Below, one piece after another: positions 1 to 7,944 of a stretch of DNA of 20,000 nucleotides; the first letter of the stretch is position 1, and every line of letters begins with the position of its first letter. Origin of the DNA: an uncultured virus (IMG/VR IMGVR_UViG_3300030098_004604) (Duplodnaviria > Heunggongvirae > Uroviricota > Caudoviricetes); IMG/VR virus record IMGVR_UViG_3300030098_004604, positions 53,249 through 73,248 of that record; one strand, 5' to 3'. Made by a program: the position numbers and the translations under genes. Below the pieces are notes generated by a model. The model was not told where the DNA came from. It did no database searches and worked only from the letters and a program-made list of their open reading frames with translations.

Positions 1-1113
1 TATACACGCTATGCTGAAAATTTTGCGAGATTTCGATTAGCGTTGGGTCCTGTAGAGCTTATTAATTCCAACAAGGAAGGCAAAGTGATGGAATCCTTTT
101 TTGTAAACTTTGGCGATATTCCTATCTCGGCTAAGTACTTTATGGAATTTTTGACAACCAAAGTTTTGAAGACTGATCGACAAGCATACCCTCTCCCTAA
201 ATTTTTAAATGACTTTTTTAATGAACTTATTCGCGACTTTCTTAACAATGACACTTGCTATGGCAACAGGGCTAAACAAAAGACAAGAGTATCACAATCT
301 TCAATTACTTCATATAAGAAAAAGGCCCCCTTGGACAATATTACGGCTGCGATGGGCAACGCCTCCCGCTTGGACATCACAAACTACAGCGGTGAACAGC
401 TGCCTATTCTCGACGTATATGGCGAGCGAGGAAGCCCGGTTTCCAGCAAGGACATTAAAGATGAAACTAACTTTTTGATTTTCTTTGCGGCTCGTACACA
501 GCCAACAGACATTATGCGCGGCTGCAAAGGCGGCATGAAGCACAAATGTTATGATGACAATGGGGTAGAGATTTTGGGCGATCACGACCGAGGGCTTTGG
601 CACTATCAAATCGGAAAGGACCGAGGAATTGTAAAAACTATTCAATTGGAGAAGACTGATTCCCCGGGTCTTGCCGAGGTGCGGTTTGAGCAAGAGGGGT
701 ATGATGGCCTTGCCCAGTTGCGCGTGCTATATGACGCAAAGATTAAAACTTATTTGGATGTTAACGCCTTCCCCGGAAGTTATATTTATATAGAACCACG
801 CGGCTTTGATCCCGGCGCTGTCTCAACAGACTTGACAAGGATGGGCGTCGGTGGTTATTATATGATCATACGCTCCTCACACACTCTCGGTGCAGGAATG
901 GCTGAGACTGAGATAACGGCGAAATGGGTAGCTGAAGTGGACAAACACATTGAAGAGAAGGGCAAAGCAGACGAGAAGCCAACCAAAAAGAAAAGTAAGT
1001 GCTATAGCGATGGTGATCGAAAGAGCAAGTCGCAAGAGCAACCATTCAGTGACTGGTTTGGATCGTTTTTTAGTGATTCAAAGGGCAAAGATGATGGCAC
1101 AACAAAGAAATAG
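1..1113 (+). CDS. 5'-partial large virion protein, probably baseplate hub/tail (gp27/GpD-like C-terminal region)
   Basis: Frame 1 is open from base 1 (YTRYAENFARFRLALGPVEL...) to TAG at 1113, so the gene starts upstream of the window. The C-terminal pattern IGKDRGIVKTIQL...FPGSYIYIEP...GVGGYYMIIRSSHTL...ETEITAKW resembles the end of contractile-tail hub proteins. Function is inferred. Confidence 0.5.
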   Translation, partial: YTRYAENFARFRLALGPVELINSNKEGKVMESFFVNFGDIPISAKYFMEFLTTKVLKTDRQAYPLPKFLNDFFNELIRDFLNNDTCYGNRAKQKTRVSQSSITSYKKKAPLDNITAAMGNASRLDITNYSGEQLPILDVYGERGSPVSSKDIKDETNFLIFFAARTQPTDIMRGCKGGMKHKCYDDNGVEILGDHDRGLWHYQIGKDRGIVKTIQLEKTDSPGLAEVRFEQEGYDGLAQLRVLYDAKIKTYLDVNAFPGSYIYIEPRGFDPGAVSTDLTRMGVGGYYMIIRSSHTLGAGMAETEITAKWVAEVDKHIEEKGKADEKPTKKKSKCYSDGDRKSKSQEQPFSDWFGSFFSDSKGKDDGTTKK

Positions 1114-1151
1114 AAAGAAAGCTAATTAGAAGAGAGAGGGCAAAAAAAGAT

Positions 1152-2444
1152 ATGTCAGCAGAACACGCCAAAGGGAACACAGAGGGCGCCCGCGCACTTT
1201 TTAACAAGAGAATAAAGTATAGAGATGAAGCTCTATTGCCACAGGCATCCGGATATCCGGATGGTTCAACATCCGCAGTGACTGCTTTTATGGCCGAAAA
1301 GTTTCTTTATGGGCGCGTAGACCGCGATTTCGTGCCGATGGCCATGAAACAGACGCACCAAAAACGCCACCTTAAGGCGATCTCTAGCGCACAATCTCAA
1401 GAACAGAACATGCGCGCAATGCATTTTGTAGTGGATGCCTTTAATGCCATGGCACAACAGTTTGCCAAGTGCGCCATGATGGGAAAGATAGACAATACGG
1501 ATCCATTTCTTTCTCAACTTAAGGTATATCGAGCTTTTGAAGATCCTAAATTGGCATACCAACAATATATGAGTCGATACATAGCCCTTCTCAAGGTTAA
1601 TGCCAATTCCGACCCCTTAAATCAGATAGAAAACTTTGAACAATTTGAAAAGGTAATTGTTGAGTCGGTAACATTAACGGGCATTTCATCGCCCGTGACT
1701 TACCCCGGGTTTGTTAAGAGTCGTCGTTGCCCAATTACAGTTTCTGGACTTGTCATTGAAGTGGCCAATTCAGACGCTTCAGACGACGAGGCTAAAGTAG
1801 CTCAGTTTTTAAAAAGCAGGAACTGGGATTTTTTCGCCAATGCCGCAGCCACATATGGATTTATGATTGACATGAATGTCCCTTGGCGTCTAGTTGCGGA
1901 CATCGGCTCATCGGCAATGCTCCAGTATGCTGCCAAGTACGGCATGGACACCACAGATAAGGTGTTATCCATGTGCTATGCTCCTGTTGCCCCTGTTGCT
2001 GCTTCTACGCTGGACAAGCAATTGCTCAACATGTACAACAAGGTGAAGCCCGAAGTCATTCTTCATAGTGAAGAGTGTGGGGGCAATGCAGTAATGCGAC
2101 AACGAACTCCGGCTCAATATAACTCTCGCAAGCGACTCAAGGAAGAGTTGGGGTTCGAACGATTTCTATCACTTTACTGCAATATGCGATTTTTAGAGGA
2201 AGAAAGCATGTATACAGAAAACGAGAAACACCTTCTTATTGACGACACCGTAGAGATGGCTAGGTTACGCGGTCTTAGCATTGCCATTGGCAAGTTCGAA
2301 AGAATTTTAAATAAACCATTTGACTATTCTGGCTCTTTGAGTTATTATGTTAACTATGCCAAGTTAGCTGACGAGCAGAAGGAGGCTGACGCCTCCGAAC
2401 GCGATGCATACGAGGCTTATGGCAGTATCCCGCAGGAGAGGTAA
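1152..2444 (+). CDS. hypothetical phage protein (430 aa)
   Basis: Long ORF with purine-rich leader (AGAGAGAGGG) in a continuous + strand gene run. No recognisable catalytic motif. Confidence 0.8.
   Translation: MSAEHAKGNTEGARALFNKRIKYRDEALLPQASGYPDGSTSAVTAFMAEKFLYGRVDRDFVPMAMKQTHQKRHLKAISSAQSQEQNMRAMHFVVDAFNAMAQQFAKCAMMGKIDNTDPFLSQLKVYRAFEDPKLAYQQYMSRYIALLKVNANSDPLNQIENFEQFEKVIVESVTLTGISSPVTYPGFVKSRRCPITVSGLVIEVANSDASDDEAKVAQFLKSRNWDFFANAAATYGFMIDMNVPWRLVADIGSSAMLQYAAKYGMDTTDKVLSMCYAPVAPVAASTLDKQLLNMYNKVKPEVILHSEECGGNAVMRQRTPAQYNSRKRLKEELGFERFLSLYCNMRFLEEESMYTENEKHLLIDDTVEMARLRGLSIAIGKFERILNKPFDYSGSLSYYVNYAKLADEQKEADASERDAYEAYGSIPQER
2320..2348 (+). promoter_or_regulatory. sigma70-type promoter inside the upstream CDS, ahead of the polA-like gene
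   Basis: TTGACT(2320-2325)-17 bp-TATTAT(2343-2348), with an AT-rich upstream stretch. Confidence 0.55.
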
Positions 2445-3620
2445 GTGCTTTTTCAAACTCTGGATGACAAGAGCGAATGTGTGGGAGTCTACGCTGACGG
2501 TAGCTTGCACTTCGACACCATCCCCACAGGTCTGACTAAAACATGGAAATACACAGGATCGATTAAAGATCCGGCCGTGGAGTACGCTTGGATTTATGCC
2601 GGCGGTGGCACACTGGAGCAAAGCTGCCCGGATGAACTGAAGGAAGATTGGCAACGATGCCAGAAGCGCTTCGCGGCATACCGTCGGGCATTTGAGATTG
2701 GTAAGATTGATCTTCGGGAACACTGCTTTTTTGATCTTGTGCCCTCAACCTTTTTGGAAGACTTCTGCGACGTTAAGAATAAGATCACCGAGCACGTGTT
2801 CGCCAACACAGAGCGCCCGGAAAACTATGACATGCTCGATGGCTTTCAGAAGCTGATCCACAAGATTAAATACCAGAACCTGAACCTGAATAAGGAAGGT
2901 TGTCGACAGCTGTATCATAGCACCGTTGGCAGGCGCAAGGCCAATGAGCTTATGAAGAGTCATTATTATATCGACTACAACCTCTTCGGGACCGTCACAG
3001 GGCGCCTTACTACACGTCGAAATTCGTTTCCTATACTGACACTCAAGAAAGAATTTCGGAAGCTTGTGAAGCCGCATAACGACTGGTTCGTGTCATTGGA
3101 TTACAACGGGGCGGAGGTCAGAACGCTGCTCCATCTCTCTGGATATGATCAGCCCAAGACCGACATCCACAGCTGGAATGTTAAGCACTTATTTAATCAA
3201 GACGTCGACCGAGATACCGCCAAGACGCTCTTCTTTGCATGGCTTTATAACCCTGATTCGGACGCTATCGAAACAAAGTATTATGATCGTAAAAAAGTGC
3301 TTGACAAATGGTACGATGGGGATTATATTAGTACACCATACAAGAGAAAGATCAAAGTTGATGAGCGTCGCGCACTCAATTACCTCATTCAGAGTTCAAC
3401 CTCTGATCGAGTGATGAGTCGAGCGGTCGAGATTGATAGATTTCTTGAGGGCAAGAAGTCTTTTGTGTCTCACATAGTCCATGATGAGATTGTGATTGAC
3501 TTTTGTGATGAGGACCGGGAGCACTTAAAAGAAATGAAACAGATTTTTGAAGTTGATGATTTCTCTGCTAATCTCCGCGCTGGCAAGAATTACCTAGAGT
3601 TGGAGGAGTTGAAAGTATGA
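2445..3620 (+). CDS. polA: miniature family A DNA polymerase (polymerase core only)
   Basis: GTVTGRLT, motif A SLDYNGAEVR, DIH, motif B RDTAKTLFFAWLY (R-x3-K-x3-F-x3-Y), ALNYLIQSS and motif C IVHDEIV. GTG start directly after the upstream TAA, with SD AGGAGAG. Confidence 0.85.
   Translation: MLFQTLDDKSECVGVYADGSLHFDTIPTGLTKTWKYTGSIKDPAVEYAWIYAGGGTLEQSCPDELKEDWQRCQKRFAAYRRAFEIGKIDLREHCFFDLVPSTFLEDFCDVKNKITEHVFANTERPENYDMLDGFQKLIHKIKYQNLNLNKEGCRQLYHSTVGRRKANELMKSHYYIDYNLFGTVTGRLTTRRNSFPILTLKKEFRKLVKPHNDWFVSLDYNGAEVRTLLHLSGYDQPKTDIHSWNVKHLFNQDVDRDTAKTLFFAWLYNPDSDAIETKYYDRKKVLDKWYDGDYISTPYKRKIKVDERRALNYLIQSSTSDRVMSRAVEIDRFLEGKKSFVSHIVHDEIVIDFCDEDREHLKEMKQIFEVDDFSANLRAGKNYLELEELKV
3301..3329 (+). 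promoter_or_regulatory. sigma70-type promoter inside the polA-like gene
   Basis: TTGACA(3301-3306)-17 bp-TATATT(3324-3329), with an A6 tract just upstream (UP-element-like). Confidence 0.55.
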
Positions 3621-4459
3621 TCTCCATCATTGGTTTGGGCACCGGAGGCTCCAACATAGCGACCATGTTCAAGGAACTGCCACAGTATAATGTATATTGC
3701 ATTAACGACAAGGTAAAGCGTACGTCGAAGTATAACTTCAAACTTAAGACTCAAGCAACCCCCGAAGAGTGCGAGAGGGATATCCCAGACATGTCCAAGT
3801 TCTTTAGTGCTGTCGATGACCATGTTCAGTTTTTTGTCATTGGCTCAACAATGAGCAGCAACTATTCTCTCGGTATTCTGGAACAGATCAAGGACAAAAA
3901 GATAGACTTGTTCTATGTGAAGCCAGATACAGAGTTGCTTTCGGGTGTGCCTCGCTTGATGGAGAACGCAGCCTTTGGAATACTTCAAGAGTATGCACGC
4001 TCTGGCCTTCTGAATAGCATCACTTTGATTTCCAATTTGAAGATGGAAGAGACGCTAGCATCAGTACCAGTTAAGCAATACTATCAGTCGTTGAATAGCT
4101 TGATTAAGTCGAGCGTACATTATATTAATTACTTCAATCACAACGAGCCAGAAATCGGAATCACCACGACTCCCTCTGAGGTTTGTCGAATTAGAACCTT
4201 GGGTATGGTTGATATGCAGAAACTTCAAGAAAAGTGGTTTTTTGAGCTTGACATCCCCCGTGAGGTGTGCTATTATTTATGTATAAATGAGGAAAAACTT
4301 GCAAATGATGGCTCTCTTCACAAACGCTATGTGGACATTCTTAAAGAAAAGCCGAGGAACGCTTTCAGAAATGTGTCATATGCTATTTACGAGACCCCAT
4401 CGGGTAGAGACTTTGGCTTTTGCGTGGCCAGAACGAACGCAATACAAGAAAACTCTTGA
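3617..4459 (+). CDS. divergent tubulin/FtsZ-superfamily (PhuZ/TubZ-like) protein
   Basis: N-terminal IIGLGTGGSNI matches the T1 loop; ITLISN and YYQSLNSLI sit at FtsZ-like positions. The GGGTG(S/T)G signature is replaced by GSTMSSN. ATGA overlap with the polymerase stop. Confidence 0.6.
   Translation: MISIIGLGTGGSNIATMFKELPQYNVYCINDKVKRTSKYNFKLKTQATPEECERDIPDMSKFFSAVDDHVQFFVIGSTMSSNYSLGILEQIKDKKIDLFYVKPDTELLSGVPRLMENAAFGILQEYARSGLLNSITLISNLKMEETLASVPVKQYYQSLNSLIKSSVHYINYFNHNEPEIGITTTPSEVCRIRTLGMVDMQKLQEKWFFELDIPREVCYYLCINEEKLANDGSLHKRYVDILKEKPRNAFRNVSYAIYETPSGRDFGFCVARTNAIQENS
4248..4276 (+). promoter_or_regulatory. sigma70-type promoter (extended -10) inside the tubulin-like gene
   Basis: TTGACA(4248-4253)-17 bp-TATTAT(4271-4276), preceded by TGc. 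Confidence 0.6.
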
Positions 4460-4484
4460 CAGGCTAAGTCAAGTGTGTTACATT
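4456..4484 (+). promoter_or_regulatory. sigma70-type promoter for ssb
   Basis: TTGACA(4456-4461, overlapping the tubulin-like stop codon)-17 bp-TACATT(4479-4484), with a TGn extension. Confidence 0.7.
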
Positions 4485-4541
4485 AGATACTAAGGAACGC
4501 TTAGTATACTTTATCTAAACAGAAAAAGGAGAAAATAGATA

Positions 4542-5315
4542 ATGCCAATTGATATGGAACTTATGCGACGTAAGCTCGCAACCCTTCGCGGAGAAGGAAA
4601 CAAGGACAACGGAAACTCTCCGTGGTTCAAGCCCGATGAGGGCGATACTGATATTCGGATCGTGCCAAGTAACGACGGCGATCCGCTCAAGGAAATGTTT
4701 TTCCACTACAATGTAGGAAATCACAAGGGTGGCGTGCTTTGCCCCAAGCGTAACTTTGGAGAGCACTGCCCAATTTGTGAATTTGCTTCCTCACTTTGGC
4801 GAGAGGGAGTTGACAACAACGACGAGGAGAGCAAGAAGCTCGCCAAGTCCCTTTTCGTTCGCACCCGCTACTTCTCACCAGTTGTAGTTCGTGGTCGCGA
4901 GGACGAGGGAATCAAGGTATACGGCTACGGTAAGACCGCATACGAATTGCTTCTCGGCTACATCCTCGATCCGGAGTATGGCGACATCACAGACGCTGAT
5001 GAAGGCACCGACATTACTCTGACATACACCAAGCCCACTAAACCGGGTGCCTACCCCCAGACGAGTCTCAAGATGCGTCGTAACACGTCCACCCTTCTGG
5101 ACGACCCTGAAGCGATCCCTGCCCTTCTTGATCGCATGCCAGACTTTGACTCTCTTTTTGAGCGTTTGTCGTCTGCTCAGGTCGATGCCATCCTCGATGA
5201 ACAACTTTCAAACGATGGTTCCGCAGAAAGTCGTTCGTCTGAGACAGCCAAATATGGTCCCGCCAACGGTAAGAGCGATGTTGACCGTGCATTTGATGAG
5301 CTAATGAGCGGCTAG
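4542..5315 (+). CDS. ssb: single-stranded DNA-binding protein, T4 gp32-like
   Basis: WFKP...IRIVP, Zn-binding pattern HYN...CPK...CPIC, YGYGK, DITDADEGTDITL and an acidic C-terminus DVDRAFDELMSG. Strong SD AAGGAG. Confidence 0.85.
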   Translation: MPIDMELMRRKLATLRGEGNKDNGNSPWFKPDEGDTDIRIVPSNDGDPLKEMFFHYNVGNHKGGVLCPKRNFGEHCPICEFASSLWREGVDNNDEESKKLAKSLFVRTRYFSPVVVRGREDEGIKVYGYGKTAYELLLGYILDPEYGDITDADEGTDITLTYTKPTKPGAYPQTSLKMRRNTSTLLDDPEAIPALLDRMPDFDSLFERLSSAQVDAILDEQLSNDGSAESRSSETAKYGPANGKSDVDRAFDELMSG

Positions 5316-5326
5316 TATAAGTAGGC

Positions 5327-5336
5327 NNNNNNNNNN
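5327..5336. other. assembly gap (10 N)
   Basis: Run of n, with AGGC on both sides. Confidence 1.
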
Positions 5337-5349
5337 AGGCTCTAGGGGC

Positions 5350-5382
5350 GCCGATGGCAGACCGGTCAGCAAATAGTCTGCC
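5350..5382 (+). repeat. structured intergenic motif copy 1 (predicted H-type pseudoknot or hairpin)
   Basis: GCCG-AT-GGCAGAC-CGGT-CAGCAAATA-GTCTGCC. GGCAGAC/GTCTGCC form a 7-bp stem and GCCG/CGGT a 4-bp stem. A related copy lies at 6391-6418. Confidence 0.7.
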
Positions 5383-5467
5383 CCCTTTTAAACTTTAGGT
5401 TGGTAGTGCCTAGCATAAGTCCGATGGCTGCAAAACTACAACAGACATAACAAAAAAGGAGAAAATT

Positions 5468-6382
5468 ATGTCAACTACAATAACCGGTAATGTTAAATTA
5501 CCAAAAACAGACGATATCATTGTCATAGGCCGGCCCGGTAAGTATGCTGACGTTTCGGTTAATATTCAAGGTGATATTAACCGAGATACGGACAGCGGCA
5601 GAGTAAAGAAAAACCTCAAAGAAGGCTGGAAGTGGACCTTATATAGTCCTATCATTGTTGCAGTTTTTCCCAATGAGAAAAAGCTGCTTCTAGATGGCGA
5701 TCACCGCCGACATATGTATCGTTTGACTTTTCCAGATGCGAAAACTATTCCGGCATATCTGATTGAAGTTGAGAGCTTGGAAGACTACCATAGGCTTTTC
5801 TATGAGGTCAACTGGGAGAAGCGTAAAAACGCCACCAAAGAAGAGGTGTTTGTTCACCAAGTTAAGGCTAAGATTCCAGCCGCTCTCGCTTTAAATTTGG
5901 AGCTAATCCGTTGTGGTGTTAGTATCTATGGCTCTTCAGACAAGGGTGGCGTTGTCGGCTTTGTCGGGGGACCTAACGTGAGTGTGGGCGCCTTTCGGCG
6001 TACACTAAAGCGCGGTTCTGATGAGGCAAAGATGTCTATTAATATTTTGAGGAATGCGTGGCCCAACGACACCAAGCTTCAAGGAGAATTGATGGAAGCA
6101 GTTGCTTTACTGTATAATGTTTATCCAATTCTGGCCGATCAACAGTCCAAAATCTCAAAAGATTTTGATAACTGGTTTGTGAGGCATTTAGGCATGTATT
6201 CGCAACACAATGCTGCGGCAGACTATAAGTCTCGCGGCGGTAGAGTCCACCACCGGCATGCAGAAAGTATTGCTCGCGGCTTAATCACTGATTATCGTCG
6301 CGCCCAACTTACTAACGGGGTGACCGCAAAATACAAGCAGAAGAAATTGAGCCTTAAGTTGATCAACAACCTTATTGATTGA
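5468..6382 (+). CDS. ParB/Srx-like N-terminal domain protein (DGxHR family)
   Basis: INRDTDSGRVKK...SPIIVA...LLLDGDHRRH resembles the ParB/sulfiredoxin-like DGxHR motif. SD AAGGAG. Confidence 0.6.
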   Translation: MSTTITGNVKLPKTDDIIVIGRPGKYADVSVNIQGDINRDTDSGRVKKNLKEGWKWTLYSPIIVAVFPNEKKLLLDGDHRRHMYRLTFPDAKTIPAYLIEVESLEDYHRLFYEVNWEKRKNATKEEVFVHQVKAKIPAALALNLELIRCGVSIYGSSDKGGVVGFVGGPNVSVGAFRRTLKRGSDEAKMSINILRNAWPNDTKLQGELMEAVALLYNVYPILADQQSKISKDFDNWFVRHLGMYSQHNAAADYKSRGGRVHHRHAESIARGLITDYRRAQLTNGVTAKYKQKKLSLKLINNLID

Positions 6383-6390
6383 CACATAAA

Positions 6391-6418
6391 GCCGCTGGCA
6401 CACCGGTTAAAGTGTGCC
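6391..6418 (+). repeat. structured intergenic motif copy 2 (predicted H-type pseudoknot), upstream of the recA RBS
   Basis: GCCG-CT-GGCACAC-CGGT-TAAA-GTGTGCC. One pair is C-G here and G-C in copy 1 (compensatory change). Confidence 0.7.
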
Positions 6419-6440
6419 GCACTTATTTTAAGGAGAATAA

Positions 6441-7601
6441 ATGGCTAGAAAAGCTAAGCAGGATAAACAAACTAAAGCCGGTCGAGTGTCAATGCAAGAT
6501 TTAATGAAGCTTGTAAACAAAAAAGCAGGTAGAAACGTTGCTCACGATCTGACGGGTGACAATCCTACTGAAGTCAAAGAATGGATTCCAACCGGCTCTC
6601 GCTGGCTTGACTCCATCATATGTAAGGGACAAGTCTCTGGCATTCCAGTCGGCAAGGTCACCGAGATCGCCGGCTTGGAATCCACAGGCAAATCTTACAT
6701 GGCCGCACAAGTGGCCGCAAATGCACAGAAACAAGGGAAGATGGTGGTATATTTCGATTCGGAGTCTGCCATTGACCCTGCGTTTTTGGAGCGTTCTGGA
6801 TGCGATTTAGAGCGCTTAATGTACATTCAAGCATCCTCTGTCGAGTTCGTATTGGAAACGATTGAGGAACTTTTGGGAGCGACGGATGAACAACTATTGT
6901 TTGTTTGGGACTCTCTGGCTTTCACGCCGTCCGTGTCTGACGTAGAAGGAGACTTCAACCCACAGTCATCGATGGCGATGAAGGCACGCATTCTCGCCAA
7001 GGGAATGTCCAAGCTGGTTATCCCGATTGCGGATAAGAAAGCCACATTGTTGGTTCTCAATCAGCTTAAAACAAATATTCCTCAAGGACCAAATGCACGA
7101 ATTGTTGCGATGACAACTCCTTATATCACCCCGGGTGGCAAGGCCATGCACTATTCGTACTCTTTGCGCATTTGGCTGACTGGTCGCAAGGCAAAGTCAG
7201 CATTCATTGAGGATGAAAAGGGATTCCGAATTGGTTCCGAAGTGAAGTGCAGGCTTGAGAAGTCTCGCTTTGGAACCCAAGGAAGATCTTGCGCTTTCAG
7301 AATCTTATGGGGCACCGAAGAAATTGGTATCCGAGATGAAGAAAGTTGGTTTGACGCTATTAAGGGATCTGACTGTCTCACGTCGGCTGGTGCATGGTAT
7401 ACGTTAACTATGCCAGATGGATACACGAAGAAATTTCAACCCTCCAAGTGGACTGAATTAATTACAACTGATATTGAATTTAAAGAGCAGGTCGTGCGTC
7501 TAATGGATGAGGAGATTATTCAGAAATTCCAACGTCGAGAAGGAGATGCTGAAGCATTTTATTCTGATCCGGAAGATCTGACTGTTCCTTTAAAAGAATA
7601 A
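6441..7601 (+). CDS. recA: RecA/UvsX recombinase
   Basis: IPTGSRWLD, Walker A GLESTGKS, YFDSE, Walker B FVWDSLA, LNQLK, TPGGKAMHY and AGAWY. Confidence 0.95.
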   Translation: MARKAKQDKQTKAGRVSMQDLMKLVNKKAGRNVAHDLTGDNPTEVKEWIPTGSRWLDSIICKGQVSGIPVGKVTEIAGLESTGKSYMAAQVAANAQKQGKMVVYFDSESAIDPAFLERSGCDLERLMYIQASSVEFVLETIEELLGATDEQLLFVWDSLAFTPSVSDVEGDFNPQSSMAMKARILAKGMSKLVIPIADKKATLLVLNQLKTNIPQGPNARIVAMTTPYITPGGKAMHYSYSLRIWLTGRKAKSAFIEDEKGFRIGSEVKCRLEKSRFGTQGRSCAFRILWGTEEIGIRDEESWFDAIKGSDCLTSAGAWYTLTMPDGYTKKFQPSKWTELITTDIEFKEQVVRLMDEEIIQKFQRREGDAEAFYSDPEDLTVPLKE

Positions 7602-7619
7602 CAACAGGAGAAATTAGTC

Positions 7620-7883
7620 ATGACAAGTTTATTCACCTTACTGATGGTGGCAATGGTAGGCACCGCAGATGCGGGCCCACATCACCATCATCAGAAGCCG
7701 CATGTTAAGCATCACGCTGCAGCGCACCATTCACACGTTCACAAACCTAAGCACGTGCGCGCTTATCGCCATGCTGGGTACAAATACTATCGCCACGCTA
7801 ACGTAGTGTGGAGATGGGTGCCGGGTCACTGGCTTGGCGTACGCTGGGTAAGAGGACACTGGGAATTTAGTTACAGAATCTGA
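7620..7883 (+). CDS. small secreted His-rich protein with WxxGxW (YXWGXW-like) repeats
   Basis: Hydrophobic N-terminus ending ADA (signal-peptidase-like site), 16 His in 87 aa, and WVPGHW plus WVRGHW repeats. SD CAGGAG. Confidence 0.7.
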   Translation: MTSLFTLLMVAMVGTADAGPHHHHQKPHVKHHAAAHHSHVHKPKHVRAYRHAGYKYYRHANVVWRWVPGHWLGVRWVRGHWEFSYRI

Positions 7884-7892
7884 AAATAGTTG

Positions 7893-7921
7893 TTGACTTT
7901 GACCTCCTGATCGGCTATACT
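7893..7921 (+). promoter_or_regulatory. sigma70-type promoter for the glycosylase/exonuclease genes
   Basis: TTGACT(7893-7898)-17 bp-TATACT(7916-7921). Confidence 0.75.
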
Positions 7922-7943
7922 AATAATCGATCAGGAGGTTTTT
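7902..7943 (+). terminator. 12-bp inverted repeat (RBS-sequestering or terminator-like hairpin) overlapping the promoter
   Basis: ACCTCCTGATCG(7902-7913) and CGATCAGGAGGT(7928-7939) with a 14-nt loop, followed by a T-run. The right arm contains SD AGGAGGT. Confidence 0.6.
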
Positions 7944-7944
7944 G

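Noticed and set aside
832..861. Additional promoter candidates (TTGACA at 832, 6379, 10161, 13771 and 14680)
   Set aside because: The -10 boxes are weak or off-spacing (832 has an 18-bp spacer; 10161 has CATTAT), so they cannot be told apart from chance.
5323..5340. AGGC on both sides of the N-gap as a target-site duplication
   Set aside because: It more likely reflects a contig-overlap or scaffolding artefact and cannot be evaluated without reads.
5350..5382. Fluoride riboswitch or small ribozyme as the identity of the repeated pseudoknot
   Set aside because: The topology and GAUGG resemble the fluoride riboswitch, but its conserved 3' elements (UAAUGA/CUGAUGA...CUAC) are absent and copy 2 reads GCUGG. 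No hammerhead or HDV core is present.
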